NCBI RefSeq assembly: GCF_001194135.2 | Contig: NC_068986.1 | Coordinates: 72,049,434 to 72,095,648 of the forward strand | Source of the DNA: Octopus bimaculoides | Taxonomy: Eukaryota | DNA length: 46,215 nucleotides | Direction: 5' to 3' | Part shown: piece by piece, positions 1 through 11,884 of the stretch | Layout of the letters: each line of letters begins with the position of its first letter | Numbering within the stretch: the stretch's first letter is position 1 | The notes under the pieces: model-generated | What the model saw: the letters and a program-made list of their open reading frames with translations, nothing else | Databases searched by the model: none | Told to the model about the DNA's origin: nothing | Program-made: the position numbers and the translations under genes

Positions 1-51
<51 letters not shown>

Positions 52-290
52 GTGTATATATACATATATATGTATAAGTATATCTATATATGCATGCATA
101 TATAGTTTCAGGAGCTTCTGTTTAAAGACACTGTCGAGAAATAACGTCAGCTTCGCATATCGCACGTGCGGCTCCCTTCACACACACATACACACACACA
201 GATACTTTCATTCATTCTTTCATTCATTCATTCATTCATTCATTCATACATACATACATACATACATACATACATACATACATACATACA
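1..290. repeat. Microsatellite cluster (TA)n/(TATG)n, (CA)n, (TTCA)n grading into (TACA)n
   Basis: Simple tandem repeats read directly from the sequence; they explain the overlapping His/Ile/Tyr/Val-rich ORFs. Confidence 0.95.
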
Positions 291-389
291 TACTATTTCC
301 AAATAGAACAATGTCTAAACCGTCATAATTAACTCTTTGTATTTCTGCAAGTGTCAACCAAATAATTCTCATCGTAAATTTCTTCCGCT

Positions 390-619
390 TCTCTCTGCTT
401 CTCTCCCTGCGTTCCTCCCTCTCTCTCACTCTCTATCTCTCTTTCTTTCTCTTTCTTTCTCTTTCTTTCCTTCTCACTTTCTCTCTTTCCTCCTCTTTCA
501 CAGCTCCTTGTCTGTCTCTCTTTGTACACACGCATTTATATTCACACGCACATACACACACGCACATATACACACACACACACACATACACACAAGCGCG
601 CACACATGGACAACACACA

Positions 620-659
<40 letters not shown>

Positions 660-700
660 TACACACATCCACACACACACGCACACACACACTCAAACAC
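390..700. repeat. CT-rich low-complexity tract followed by imperfect (CA)n
   Basis: Seen directly; source of the HT/CV/RE dipeptide ORFs. Confidence 0.95.
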
Positions 701-1381
701 AAAATGGGAGAGATAGAGATATTCAAATTGACAAATTCATTCTTCATTCTCTGGTCGGCATCAAGCCAACTTGTTTGATGAGAATAATCTAGATATTACG
801 GAGAAATAGCGTCAAGCACACATATCCGCTCTTTATTCTTTGTTTATTTCTTCACATCATCGCCAGAACATCAGTTCACTCTGTGAGGTAGACTCTCCGT
901 TTGAGTAAAAACATGTATGCTCATGCCTGTTAAGTATGCGCGCACACGTGTATGTTTGAGTTCGTGTGGTTGCTTCTGAGGTTTGCGTGTGAGAGCGCAT
1001 GCGCTGTGCATGTATGCGCGTAGTGCTCACTCGCTTTATATGACTGTGGCTACTATAAAATTGAAGCTCTGCATATTTCTGTGTCGTGATAAACAATTTA
1101 ATAACTATTTCACGGTTGTGGAAGATGTAGTTGCATAGAAAGAAAAAAAAAACTTCTAATTTCAGGATGTATACACTCAAGACTCACAGCAGTATTTAAA
1201 TATTCAGCTTTCTAAAAACAGATTAGATAACGCCTATATTAAGCCGATTAAGATATTTAACACAAACGAAATACCACACAGAAATATTTGTTATGGCTAG
1301 AGTATGGAGACGATCTAACTGAGCGAATTATCTGGCAATATGAGTGTGACGATGACTACGATGACGAGACGAGGATTACAA

Positions 1382-1693
<312 letters not shown>

Positions 1694-1859
1694 GCAATGA
1701 GAAATGGAGTAGAGAAAGTGTCTGCAATAAATTTTCACTAAAACTAAGAGTAAAACAACTGTTTAAACTACCTTTCTAGTAAATCAAATATTGCAGAGAT
1801 AAATAAATTGATCTAAAGGTATGAAATGATATATTCATACAGCAGATGTAATAGTTGTT

Positions 1860-1961
<102 letters not shown>

Positions 1962-2209
1962 CTGAAGTAATATACTAATAATAAGTAAATGCAAGCATTA
2001 GCTTTTGGGATCTACAGTTGCACAGTATGGCTAACATACAGAAATTGAGGGCATTCAGAAAGTAGGCCATAAAAATCAAAATTAAAAATGCGTAAATCGT
2101 CTACAAATTATGTTTATTTTTTGTTTCTTTGATATACTCTAGTTTATAGTTGGGGTAGATACACTCAGCTAGACTCCTCGCTAGTCATAAAATTTGCTTC
2201 ATAAAAATA

Positions 2210-3430
2210 TCAGGTCATCCCATAAGTTCTGTCCGATTTTACCTTTTTTTAAAATTGAATGAAACTTAATAGTATTTTAGAATGTCTAATGGAATAAAAA
2301 ATTATTTTTATGCATTTGTGTACATTTAAACTAATTAAATATTATTTTACAGAATAATAGAATTAAAATTTCTTTAATTAAAACCCTTTCTAACATGGAA
2401 GTGTCCAAAGNNNNNNNNNNCAGCCTTGAAGATGAAGAGTGAACAGGACGTCCAGTTGAGTTTGATGATAAGCTTCTTGAGGCATTACTTGAAGAAAATC
2501 CTGCATTATCAATTGAAGAATTGGCAATAAAGCTTAGTTCAAACCATACAACTGTTCATCATCATCTTCAACAAGGTTGAAAGGTTCCTACACTTGGAAA
2601 ATGGGTGCTTCATGAATTTTCCGAAAGCAACCGCAAATCCCGAGTTGACATCTGCTCTTCTCTCCATTTTCGCGAACTCATTTCACCCTTTTTGGATAGA
2701 CTTGTGACTGGTGAGGAAAAATGGACCTTCTATCGAAATGTTAAGCGTCGTAAACAGTGGCTTGGTAAAAGGGAAAAAGCTAAACCACAACCGAGAAGGG
2801 AACTTCATGGGAAAAAGGTTCTTCTCTCTATCTGGTAGGATTGCAAAGGAGTAATTCACTTTGAAATGTTACTATCTAATGCAGCAATCAATGCTCATGT
2901 CTACTGTCAGTGATTAGAGCGTTTGAACCAAACTTTGAAGAAAAAAAGACCCGCTTTAGTGAATCAAAAAGGAGTGATGTTTCATCAGGACAATGCACGA
3001 CCCCACACTGCAAAGATNNNNNNNNNNAGTGAATCAAAAAGGAGTGATGTTTCATCAGGACAATGCACGACCCCACACTGCAAAGATCACATCACAGAAG
3101 ATCGAAGAGTTTGGTTGGGAAAAAATTCCTCATTCACCTTATTTTCCCGACCTTGGTCCTTCAGACTACCATTTGTTTGGTAGTTTACAGAATCATTTGG
3201 AGGACATAACTTTCGCAAGCCAGGATGAGGTCGAAATTGACATTTCAGAGTTCTTCGCTTTGAAACCAAAAGAGTTTTACACTGATGAGATTAAGAAGCT
3301 TGTAAATAGATGGAAGGAAGTCATAGATAATCAGGAAACGGATATTGAGGATTAAATTTCAATTAGATATGACATTTGATCACTTGTTTTCTTTATTCAA
3401 AATTCAGACAGAGCTTATGGGATGACCTGA
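2210..3430 (+). mobile_element. Near-complete mariner (DD34D) DNA transposon, inactivated
   Basis: TIRs tcaggtcatcccataagttctgtccga (2210-) and its near-perfect inverse ending 3430; TA at 2208-2209 and 3431-3432; internal transposase remnant. Confidence 0.96.
2395..3355 (+). pseudogene. Mariner transposase pseudogene
   Basis: Starts MEVSK before the 10-N gap. Motifs GRP, WVLHEF (WVPHEL-like), VTGEEKW, HQDNARPH and YFPDLGPSDYHLF are present, with exactly 34 residues between the 2nd and 3rd Asp. In-frame stops (e.g. IW*DCKG, YCQ*LER); the first catalytic D reads E. Confidence 0.93.
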
Positions 3431-3671
3431 TAGGTCTTTCTCAAAAACAGAGTCAGTGGTTATATCTTTAAATCAACTATGTTAATGGAAATAAATCAAG
3501 GTTAATCTCGACGAAGTTTCAACCGGATGATCGACTTTAAAAAAGGAAAGATGTGGACAATACAGTAATCTGAAGTAAAATATGTGTAAAAAGAACGAGG
3601 ATGCTCTTAACCACTGACTTGCTACTACCTTTAAGAAAAATTAAATACTGGACCTTCTGAAATTAAAAAAA

Positions 3672-3839
3672 AAGTTACCTTATTAAACTGGAAAATTAAG
3701 AATTAATGAACAGTAGAAATTAGGAAAAGTATTCATTTTTATCTTCCATTGATAATTATCAAAGGAAGATAAATATGAACTCTTTTCGTAATTTCTACTG
3801 TTAATTGGTTCTTAATTTCCCAGTTTAATAAGGCAAGTT
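3672..3839. repeat. 168-bp spacerless palindrome (two 84-bp arms), foldback/MITE-like
   Basis: Centre ttgataa|ttatcaa at 3755/3756; arms align without indels, 11 mismatches in 84 (hand count). Confidence 0.9.
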
Positions 3840-3870
3840 CTTTATATTGTAATATAAAGAACTGACTTAA

Positions 3871-4082
3871 GGCAGCGAGCTGGCAGAAACGTTAGCATGC
3901 CGGGCGAAATGCTTAGCGGTATTTCGTCTGCCTTTATTCTCTGAGTTCAAATTCCGCCAAGGTCGACTTTGCCTTTCATCTTTTCGGAGTCGATAAATTA
4001 AGTACCAGTTGCATACTGAGGTCGATGTAATCGACTGGACCTCTCCACAAAAATTTCGGGCCTTGTGCCTAGAGTAGAAACG
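3871..4082 (+). mobile_element. tRNA-derived SINE, family A (Meta/Sauria-like central domain; octopus OR-type)
   Basis: Head ggcagcgagctggcagaaacg, B-box-like gagttcaaattcc, core ggtcgactttgcctttcatc...gtcgataaattaagtaccag; about 10 other copies in the window; flanked by the direct repeat aatataaagaact (3851-3863, 4083-4095). Confidence 0.9.
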
Positions 4083-5214
4083 AATATAAAGAACTTATGT
4101 AGTCATTGTGAATATGGAGTACTGAAAACGGAGTGCTACTATTTAGGACAATATTATGCAACTCAGAAGGAACGACGGACATTTTTACGTATAGCATAAA
4201 TTGAAGTCTGTAGGTTCAATTGTCCTAGTATAGTATCTATGTTTTACACTGAGTGGTGTATGTCTAACAAAAGTAATAGTTCAATAGTTTAAATGCATCA
4301 CATACCCTACAATACACCTCTACTCTTAACATACAGTTCAACCATCAAATTAGTCTCTCTACATTGTTTATTCCAAAATCCTCAAACAGCCCGGGTTAGT
4401 TTCTTATGAACTAATACTGATACTTATCAGAATAATAGCTGCATATTTATTGTTTGGAAACGATAAGGTACCAAAACATTCGTGGACACAAAAGCAAGAA
4501 ATCCATCAAATTCAGAATTGGACCAAAGTGAATTCCAACTCACCTTTGGACTCTGAGCAGAATACATTATTCTACAGTGTCCTAGTTCATTTAATTGGGT
4601 GTAAATAACAGAACACCGGCGAATGTTATTTGCAATAGACAGTTGTCCTTTGCAAGGAAAGCAAAGCCAAGCATTGGCTCTTAATCCGCCACCCACATTC
4701 GGAGTTTAGCGTTAGTTGACATTGCATGATATTTACAGTAGATCAGTAGGATGCATTGAAGAGAAAGTGATCTTATCATTTGACAGACACCTCCTTTCAT
4801 ATTTCTAGGTCAACAGATCAATATATTTTATATTGTTTTTGTTGTTTCTATCATAAACATGGTAGGTCAGTTACCTATCAGAAATTGGTTCGTATAATGT
4901 TTAATGTAATTTGCGTTAAACTCTAAGCAGTTAATTCATTGAACTAAGGTCAGATACCTCTCTGTTTGGATATTAGTTTAATTTATTCTGCTAGCACTAA
5001 GTGACTTATGAATTATTGTTTAGAGATAAAATAATAGTGCGGTTATCTGATTTGAGAAGAAAGAATGGTAGTCTCTCTATTATGTAATCTGTAATACAGT
5101 TGTCTGGTAAACATCCTACATGTGGATGTTCAAAGTCACATTAGCAGTCTGATATTGTTGATATATATTTTAATAAGGCAGGATCATTAGATCATCGGAT
5201 AAAATGTTATGTAG

Positions 5215-5275
5215 TGTTTATTTCAGCCAAGGTCAGCTTTATCTTTCATCCTTCCGGATCCGATGAAAAGAAATT
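5215..5275 (+). mobile_element. SINE family A core fragment
   Basis: gccaaggtcagctttatctttcatccttccggatccgatgaaa matches the core of 3871-4082. Confidence 0.6.
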
Positions 5276-5384
5276 ACTAGCTCCAAACAAACACTAGCGT
5301 TGATTTAATTGTCTACATATCAGGAGCAGGAGCCCCTAAAGTAGTCTGATATTGTCTTTGACTCCATTTCCGCAACTTCTGCGA

Positions 5385-5550
5385 CGATACTGGTGCCAAG
5401 CTGCATTAACTCTTGTTCTTCCCTTGGATAACATTAGTGTCGTAGGGAAGGAAAACCTACTGGATGTGCAGCTGGTGATCTTCGATACAACCTTGCTCAG
5501 GTTATTGCCTTGCAGAGGACACTAGAATGTCGCATCGTCGAGGTCAACCA
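5385..5550 (-). mobile_element. Possible fragment of a cephalopod LINE/SINE 3' region
   Basis: The reverse strand (gacctcgacgatgcgacattctagtgtcctctgc...cctgagcaaggttgtatcgaaga...tatccaaggg...cagcttggcaccagt) resembles an octopus interspersed repeat as I recall it; no second copy in the window to confirm. Confidence 0.35.
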
Positions 5551-6469
5551 ACACAGCCTTTGTAAGTGTAAATACGTACAAACAGATCAGAAGCTAACAC
5601 AGTCAAGATCGACTCATACACCTAACAAAACACAAAACCATTATCACCTCCACTTGCTCTGCAACCCTGTAGCTAATTTGTCCTCTTTAAGAAGTGCCAA
5701 GGTTTACAATTTAAAGTAGATGCTGTCAAACGAATTTCTTTTAGATAAAAAATAGTGGTAATATATAGTTGGGAATTTTAAAACTAAATGATTAGGTGAC
5801 AGTATATTATGTAATTTCAAACATGTTTATATTCTACATCTTACGCTTCCAAATTTTCGCATGTCTCCAGAATGCCTTATAAAAGTGATATACTGAAGTT
5901 TACCTATAATTACTATTGTAGTTACTACTTATGTTACTGCCGTTGCTAATGCTAATGTTGTTTCTGTTACTGCCATTATTGCTGCTGCTACACTAAAAGA
6001 TACTATTGCGTATCCTATTGCACTTCTACTACCGCTACTTCTTCTAAGATACTAAAGTTAAAGATGCTGTGTTAGATATCGATGAGAGAATTGCTTCTAC
6101 CACAAATTAATCGTATTATTTGTTGTTGCGTTAAAGATGAAAATGATGCCTACATTAAAGACACGCAAAGAAAAGAAATAGTATTCAGTAAAAGATGTCC
6201 CCCACCAAAATACAATATATATTTAAGTACTTTAATGGTTCGATCTCGTAGCTTTCAATTACAGTAGCTACTGAAATAGCAGAATAAATAATAGCAGTAT
6301 AATGTACTAAGCTATCAAAGAAGATATGTAGCAGCAACCAACTAAGCGTTGCATGTAAATAAACCCTTTCTCACATTGACTGTTAACCTTCCTCTTAATA
6401 TAACTTGCTTTTTGTCTCACGTAAAAGGAATTAAGGTATGTATTAATGGTTTCTAATTTAGGTATGTAT

Positions 6470-6665
6470 TAATGGTTTCTAATTTAGGTACGAGGCCAGC
6501 AATTTTGAGATGAGAGGGTTAGTCGGTTAAGTCGATCCCAATACTTAATTGGTACTTTATTTTATCGAACCCCAAGAAATTAAATATAAAGTTGATCTTC
6601 GAGAGATTTGAAACCTGAACAGGAAACGCTGGAACAAATATTCCAATGCATTTTTTTTCGAAACT
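6470..6665 (-). mobile_element. SINE family A, diverged copy
   Basis: Reverse complement of tail and core (gaggccagcaatttt...aagtcgatcccaatacttaattggtactttattttatcga). Confidence 0.8.
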
Positions 6666-7152
6666 TTAACCATTCTGCCATATTGTTGCCTTGGCTGCGG
6701 TAATAATACATACATTTTCAAACTCACCATACTCAGCATACTGTGAGACTGCAATTAACACACGAGTGTGTCATGTATTTCGTTATTCAGAAATTTTTTT
6801 TTTTAATAGATAGAATTTTAAAAGTGTTCAGAGAGAGATGAATATATTTTGATATATACATTAAACGTTCGAATAATAAACCGGCCTTAATTTTTATTAA
6901 ATTTGCCTCTCCCTAATAGATATTTACCTTGTTGTGTTAAAAGAAATAGTTATTAGTAAGAAAAGAAGACAATTTATGTTTGTTTTTGAAAAATAATATT
7001 ATTTTCTCTTATGTTTCTGAATTATTACAATTATAGTTATAAACTAAATTCTTATAACTTTCATACTGATGGAATTAAATTTTTTTTAAATCCTATTCTA
7101 ATTATATGTACTATGTTACATTAAGCTATTTTCATTTAAATCATGCGAACAT

Positions 7153-7331
7153 ATTGGTTCCAAATTTTGACACAAAGCCAGCCAGTTCGGAGGAGGAGAT
7201 AAGTCGATTACATCAACTTCAGTGTTCGGCTGGCACTCATTTTATCAACCCTGAAAGGATGAAAGGCAAAGTCAACCTCAGAATGTGAAGCATTTTTCCC
7301 GGTGTGCTAACAATTCTGCTAGCTCGCCTCC
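7153..7331 (-). mobile_element. SINE family A with internal deletion
   Basis: ggttccaaattttgacacaaagccagc...gaaaggatgaaaggcaaagtcaacctc...ctgctagctcgcc. Confidence 0.85.
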
Positions 7332-7357
7332 TGAAATCATACGGTTATATTAATGAT

Positions 7358-7520
7358 TCGTCCGTCGCTAGATTCTGCGTTCAAATTCCGTCGAGGTCGA
7401 TTTTGCTTTTCCTTCTTCCGGGGTCGATAAATTAAGTACCAGTGAAATACTGGAGTCTATGTAATCGACTAGCCCCCTCCCCCAAAATTCCAGGCCTTGT
7501 ACCTATAATAGAAATGATTT
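7358..7520 (+). mobile_element. SINE family A, 5'-truncated, with 10-bp target-site duplication
   Basis: Core and tail match; tattaatgat occurs at 7348-7357 and 7521-7530. Confidence 0.88.
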
Positions 7521-8630
7521 TATTAATGATAAAACCAAGGAGATAATAGCACTGGACCTAGTTAAGTTATAAAGATGTTTAACCCTCTGAATGCTGCCAT
7601 GGGATATAGCTGCTCAAAATTTAATTTCCTTTTAACTGCAGTGTTTTGAAAACATCTCTCCAAATACTGTGAGACACTTTTTACAAAAGACAATTTTTAG
7701 AGATTTTTTTTTTAACGTTTTCACATATTTCATCAAATATCTTTTTACAGAGACAGAATCAAATACTTTTAATTGTGTATATGAAAAACCGTACCTAGAG
7801 AAGATACTGATATTGCAGGAGAAGAAAATATCAATTCTATTTTTTTTTTTTTTTTTTTGGTGGATAATTAACATCATTACGGGAATGGCCTAGGAGTTTA
7901 ATTACGCAGGTCAAAGGTTAAGGATATTCCCAGCTTGGGAAGTGAGTTCATAAAGCTGTTTTTATGCATGCATAGGAAGTGAACTATAGATGGAATGAGA
8001 CGAGTCAGGTTCATCGACTAGTCATGAGCAGAAGTTGCACACTACAGAGATTATTGCAGAGAGAAAGAAAAAACTGGAAGCTAACGGCTATAGTGTAAGC
8101 TAATATTTGACAGTCAGGTGAATGGCCTTTGAGAAAGTAGTGATCCACGAACATTAGCAATAATGTTGAATGTATAGGAATTTTGTAGACGGCCAGATGG
8201 AATGTTTACTGAATCTGAAGAGAAAGCTTATTTCTCATGCAGCTCTTATGTTAAATATGTTATGTAACATTTGTAGCAATTTTAGAGTTTCAGCCGAGTA
8301 TTGATAAGGTTCTTCGGTGCTATCAATATCGTGTAACCATTATAGATATCTTAGTATAGCTAACAGTAACTAATTTACTTTTGAAGTATCCCCTCTTGCA
8401 CGAGGTTGCATGTAGATATGTTTATGTGTAAAAGTGCAAAGAAAATGTAAGTTGGTAGGACTGCATGTAGCTAAAAATAATCAAATATGTCACTGCTAGC
8501 ACTTTGCGATCTAAAAGAAAGCTTTCGGATCAAGCGGTGAGAGACGGTGCACCTCGTGTTCGAAGATCACGTCAAAACAAGAGAGCGTTGATAGGACGTA
8601 CAAAAATAAAAAGCCAGTCATAGTAGATCT

Positions 8631-8800
8631 ACTTCTATGAAAATTGACAAAAAAGACAAAAGACGAAGACGGGTGTGTAAGCAACAAACAGAAGTATTAG
8701 TTTAACGCTCGGGAAGTGAGAAAGTCTTACGTTTCGAGCCTACGCTCTTCGACAGAAAGGAACACGGAAATAAGCAGGGATAGAAAATAGAAAAAGGTTA
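8631..8800 (-). mobile_element. Penelope-like terminal repeat fragment carrying a hammerhead-like motif
   Basis: Homologous to 13044-13150 in the opposite orientation (shared cgttaaactaatac and gtcttttgt...). The Penelope assignment rests on the GAAAC-containing hammerhead-like motif typical of PLE termini. Confidence 0.6.
8724..8760 (-). ncRNA. Variant/degenerate minimal hammerhead ribozyme-like motif
   Basis: RNA CCUUU-CUGUCGA-A-GAGC(GUAG)GCUC-GAAAC-GUA-AGAC; core A6 is replaced by U and stem I is weak. Confidence 0.4.
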
Positions 8801-9463
8801 TATATATTTATAAATTCAACAATTAATATTGATTTCTATTTCATTTATGTATGTGTGTGTACATAACTGAAGCAATATTTGTTTTTGCTCGAATAAATCT
8901 TCTATGAAAACTGGTGATCAATGAGAAATAACTCAAAATAATAATCAATTTTCCAGGTTCTAAATAAAGTAGGTATTTACATGTTTGCATTGTTTCTGGA
9001 GATAATAATATATATAACAGCAGCTGACAGAGTAGGATAGATTACTTTTCTTCGAAACTGAAATCAATTGTGTGACTCCATAGTATACGATAAAGTTTGA
9101 AGAGTTTAATTAGATCAGAAGTCCATCTAGGGAGATTGCTGTTTCAAATTAATAGCAAAATCATTATCAGGATTAGTAACCTTGTTGGGATGCAGTGACT
9201 ATAAAAGTTTTGCCCTTGGAGATTATGTTTTCTTGTTGGAATTGAAAAGAAAATGAACAGCAAATGAGACAGCTTTAACTAATGGGATACTACGTGCAGT
9301 GCTATCATTATTGGGGAATGCTGGGTATGCGTATAGACCCTGAGAAAAGTTACGGTAGACTAAAAATATATATTTATAAATTCAATAATTAATATTGACT
9401 TCTATTTCATTTATGTGTGTTTCTGTACATAACTGAAACAATATTTGTTTTTGCTCGAATAAA
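8800..9463. repeat. Pair of 98-bp direct repeats (8800-8897, 9366-9463) around a 468-bp unique segment
   Basis: Ungapped alignment, 6 mismatches in 98 (hand count). Confidence 0.92.
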
Positions 9464-11714
9464 ATGAATATGTTTAGTCTTGAAGCAAACTGGAATAAAC
9501 ACTCATCATTTAATCAAATTTAAATAATAATTTTTAGTTTGAATAGAAATTTTTTTTATTTGACTCTCATAAAAAGTTGAGATTCCTTTTCTTCTGTTTT
9601 TAGTGAATGTATAACTCCGTTAATAATGATATCACATTCTTATTCATTTATAAGGGAAAGGAAAATATTACCTAAAAAATCTTCAGAAGAAAATAATTGT
9701 CAAAGGCCATCACAATTAGATTATTTTAGGCGTCAAATTTCTTTCTTGCACTGCTAACTAAAATGTATCAATTTGGAAGTGGATTTAATAATTTAATTCA
9801 TAACAATTAATTCGGGATCAAATATTGGTGTTTTATACAGATAAAGACAAACTGATATTGATCGCAAACATTGGCTGTAATTATATTTAACATGGCTATT
9901 ATCTAAATAAATTAGAGTCAATGTAGTAGATCCATAAGCCTGAGAAATTGCTCTTCGTTGAACATTATGACCTTCCAGTGGATAATATGACTCAGTTGTT
10001 TGTCGGCCTTTGTGAGGCTGTTCAAAGATGTCAATGAAGTCGAGAATTTTAAAGAACGTTTCCATGCACAATTCTGTACGACGGGGAAAATGTAGTTTCT
10101 TATATATTTGAAATTACCTCTTCTGTCGAAACTAAAACTGTATTTATTCATCAGTAATAATATATAAATTATTCATTTACACTCGTACATGCACAAAAAA
10201 TATATGAAGTTTTTGAAGAACGACTGAATATTAAATGTTAAAATGTCTGAGAGTCAAGACTATTGAAAAGGTTGCAAGACGCAACGAAAATTTTAGGAAA
10301 ATAAAAATAAGAAATAAGTGGAAATTTTAACGGTGAGTGTGTTAAATTTTAAGGCACGATAAGAAAATGACTCTCCCCAGACACAACAGTATATGTCTGA
10401 GATGAGTTATTGTTAATGCATTTCTAAATTTTGGGAATATCAATTTCATATTTAAAGACGATTTTTTTTCATATTTACATCTACTCTACATTTCGATTGT
10501 TATAGGGCGTTTTATTCCTATATTTGTACATAATCTCGGTCTGGAGTCCAACTACAATACGCTTTTCTAAACCAAGAGGAGAAACGCATGTACATTTAAT
10601 ACTATATTGTTTTTTACCTAAATTTCTTTTTTAAAACAGACAGCTATATTCAACTGTCAGTGCTATGCTTCATGAAAAAGGAAATATCAAAGTTAGAAAT
10701 AGTCAAACATATAGTGCAACAAAGGAAGTTATATAACACTATGGAGTAATAGGTCCATAATTGATAAATACAGTGAAAACTTAGAAAACTAAACGAAGCG
10801 GTATATACAGAGTTTACTGAAAATCTGTGTTGAGCTGATGTCAGCCCAGTGCTGACATCAACGTAACATAGCTGTCTTGGTAAAAATACATTCAAATGGC
10901 ATTAAAATGAATATCGATTTATTGGCATAGTGAGCATTGGTTTGGATAACGGCTTCTTTTTTCGAGTCTAATAATATATCTAAAAATAAAGAACCTGAAA
11001 ACAATCTAAGTGAAGATAGAAATATTTAGAAGTTTTTTATTCCTAAAAATATAAATAAGTAAATAAAAATTAAAATAATTGAAAAAATCTTAATTCTGTT
11101 ATGATAATATATTTATCTTAAAAACATTAATTCTTTACTTTTCGAAGTTTTTAAATACGGAAACTAAGTATGTCATTTAGGAACTTTGAAGCTCCGAGAT
11201 TTCAGGGGGACACAATTACACATAAAGTCAAATGGCTCGATCTTTCATTTTGATATCTTGTAACACAAGAGCATCTTAATGTTCCTTTCATTCAAAAATT
11301 GATGTATTTAAAAGAACCTACAGAAATATACGGTTACAGATTAGGATATTTCTCCATTATTCAGCAATTATTGTCCCTATTTCTCCTCCTCTAACATCGG
11401 CTATATTCAGATTCTTCTAGAAATTTTAAACGTAACTGTATACATTTCAAGTTTGATTTTATTAAAAAGAAATCCGAATGCTAGGTTCGTAATTGAACAA
11501 TACTGCGTATATCATCGCATTTGGAACTGTGCAAACAAAATGTATGCCAGCGAAAGGGAATTTCAATTTATCTACAATATTTAATAAAGAAAAAAGCTTA
11601 TTAAGTAGTTAACCATTCTTTCCTCCCCAAAGTATTGTTCTTGTATTTCTAGAAATAGTTGTCTCATTATTTCATTCTATTCAGCTAATGACCAAACCAA
11701 TAACACACTGATGC

Positions 11715-11880
11715 TGATGTGTGTATGTGTGTGTGTGCGTACATGCGTGTATGTGTGTGTGTATGTGTGCGTGTATGTGCGTATGCGAATGTATGCACAT
11801 AATATATATGTATGTATGATGTTTATATGTGTGTATGTGTGATTGTGTTTATGTGTGTATACATATAATGTGTGTGTATA
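11715..11880. repeat. Imperfect (TG)/(TA) microsatellite
   Basis: Seen directly. Confidence 0.9.
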
Positions 11881-11884
11881 TATA

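Noticed and set aside
2958-3087. 60-bp direct repeat inside the mariner (2958-3017, 3028-3087)
   Set aside because: Identical copies sit on either side of a 10-N gap, which points to an unmerged contig overlap rather than biology.
3451-3619. 12-bp inverted repeat agtcagtggtta / taaccactgact
   Set aside because: Short, with no TSD and no second copy; could be chance.
4427-4696. Minus-strand ORF with a strong donor AAG|GTGAGT at 4544 and CCAAT/GC-like boxes
   Set aside because: No recognisable protein and no good acceptor. The plus strand has YQNIRG, hinting instead at a decayed LINE endonuclease. Neither reading is supportable.
10836-10860. 10-bp hairpin tgatgtcagc-ccagt-gctgacatca
   Set aside because: A stem this short is plausible by chance in 46 kb, and there is no reference copy to show it is derived.
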